This document shows, piece after piece, positions 63,817 through 64,000 of a stretch of 64,000 nucleotides of DNA. Positions within the stretch are counted from its first letter, which is position 1, and each line of letters starts with the position of its first letter. The notes beneath the pieces were generated by a model. It ran no database searches and was not told the DNA's origin. It was given only the letters and a program-made list of their open reading frames with translations. The translations under genes and the position numbers were made by a program. Origin of the DNA: Desulfobacteraceae bacterium Eth-SRB2 (lineage in GTDB: Bacteria; Desulfobacterota; Desulfobacteria; Desulfobacterales; UBA11574). Location: positions 16,017 to 80,016 of the forward strand of contig RPGQ01000024.1 in the NCBI GenBank assembly GCA_004193595.1. Reading direction: 5' to 3'.

Positions 63817-64000
63817 TTTTTAGAGAAATCCTTTGAAATCATGTCGTCGAATTCTTTAAGCAGTTGACCGGCCGGTATGGTTTTTCCCTCTTCAAAGTCC
63901 TTTTGCCCTTGAGCAACCATTTTGAGCAAAGCCAGTGCCTCTTGAATCCTCTCGTACTCGGTGATATCCTGAATGATCGCTTTAGCTTCTCCGTGTTGGG
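63813..64000 (-). CDS. type II antitoxin (Phd/YefM or ParD-like), 5'-partial at window edge
   Basis: Translation ...AKAIIQDITEYERIQEALALLKMVAQGQKDFEEGKTIPAGQLLKEFDDMISKDFSKK*. Confidence 0.6.
   Translation of the reverse strand, partial: QHGEAKAIIQDITEYERIQEALALLKMVAQGQKDFEEGKTIPAGQLLKEFDDMISKDFSKK

Overview
This window looks like a chromosomal segment from a Deltaproteobacteria/Desulfobacterota-type anaerobe. The assignment is an inference from gene content (CooC-like ATPase, HDOD domain, many hybrid kinases) and AT-rich, Lys/Glu-heavy codon usage.

Positions 1-51100 are ordinary, gene-dense core genome:
- trpB/trpA
- a GntR regulator
- a five-gene signalling cluster (HDOD protein, hybrid histidine kinase, Hpt, response-regulator/PAS/kinase, HAMP adenylate cyclase)
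- envelope lipoproteins (LysM polysaccharide deacetylase, TPR lipoprotein, CsgG-like)
- ilvA, a GDPD phosphodiesterase, an SPFH/Zn-ribbon pair, NUDIX, a CooC-like ATPase, rsmG, a cupin, an Smr protein
- an EF-G paralog followed by a KaiC-like ATPase
- a glycosyltransferase
- an inverted duplication of a Lon-like protease locus that disrupts a DUF342 (FapA-like) gene
- rmlC, PBP1A, a GNAT, TVP38, pgk, radC, gpsA, gyrA
- an AI-2E transporter and an NRDE-family protein

This part is peppered with non-autonomous repeat elements:
- A 234-bp MITE family with 14-bp terminal inverted repeats and 8-bp target-site duplications. There are three copies, and two of them bracket gyrA.
- A 276-bp MITE with a 10-bp TSD sitting in the ilvA promoter region, plus a truncated copy elsewhere.
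- A palindromic 202-bp element.
- Several tandem or dispersed intergenic repeat modules.

From about 51.1 kb the character changes. A tmRNA-like (ssrA) sequence with a plausible tag (ADDYNYALAA) is followed by about 9.7 kb with no ORF longer than 174 codons. That stretch contains recognisable but stop- and frameshift-riddled protein remnants, for example a RecD/TraA-like SF1 helicase. It is closed by an inverted copy, about 20-25% diverged, of the NRDE-3'-end/ssrA locus. Normal genes resume at 62.9 kb (a PEGA protein and a ParE/antitoxin pair).

The strongest anomalies are this decayed or possibly artefactual 10-kb segment, the Lon/DUF342 inverted duplication, and a heptanucleotide microsatellite inserted inside a histidine-kinase ATPase domain. 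I cannot tell from sequence alone whether the 10-kb segment is a degraded ssrA-targeting island, an assembly/synthetic artefact, or something else, and say so below.
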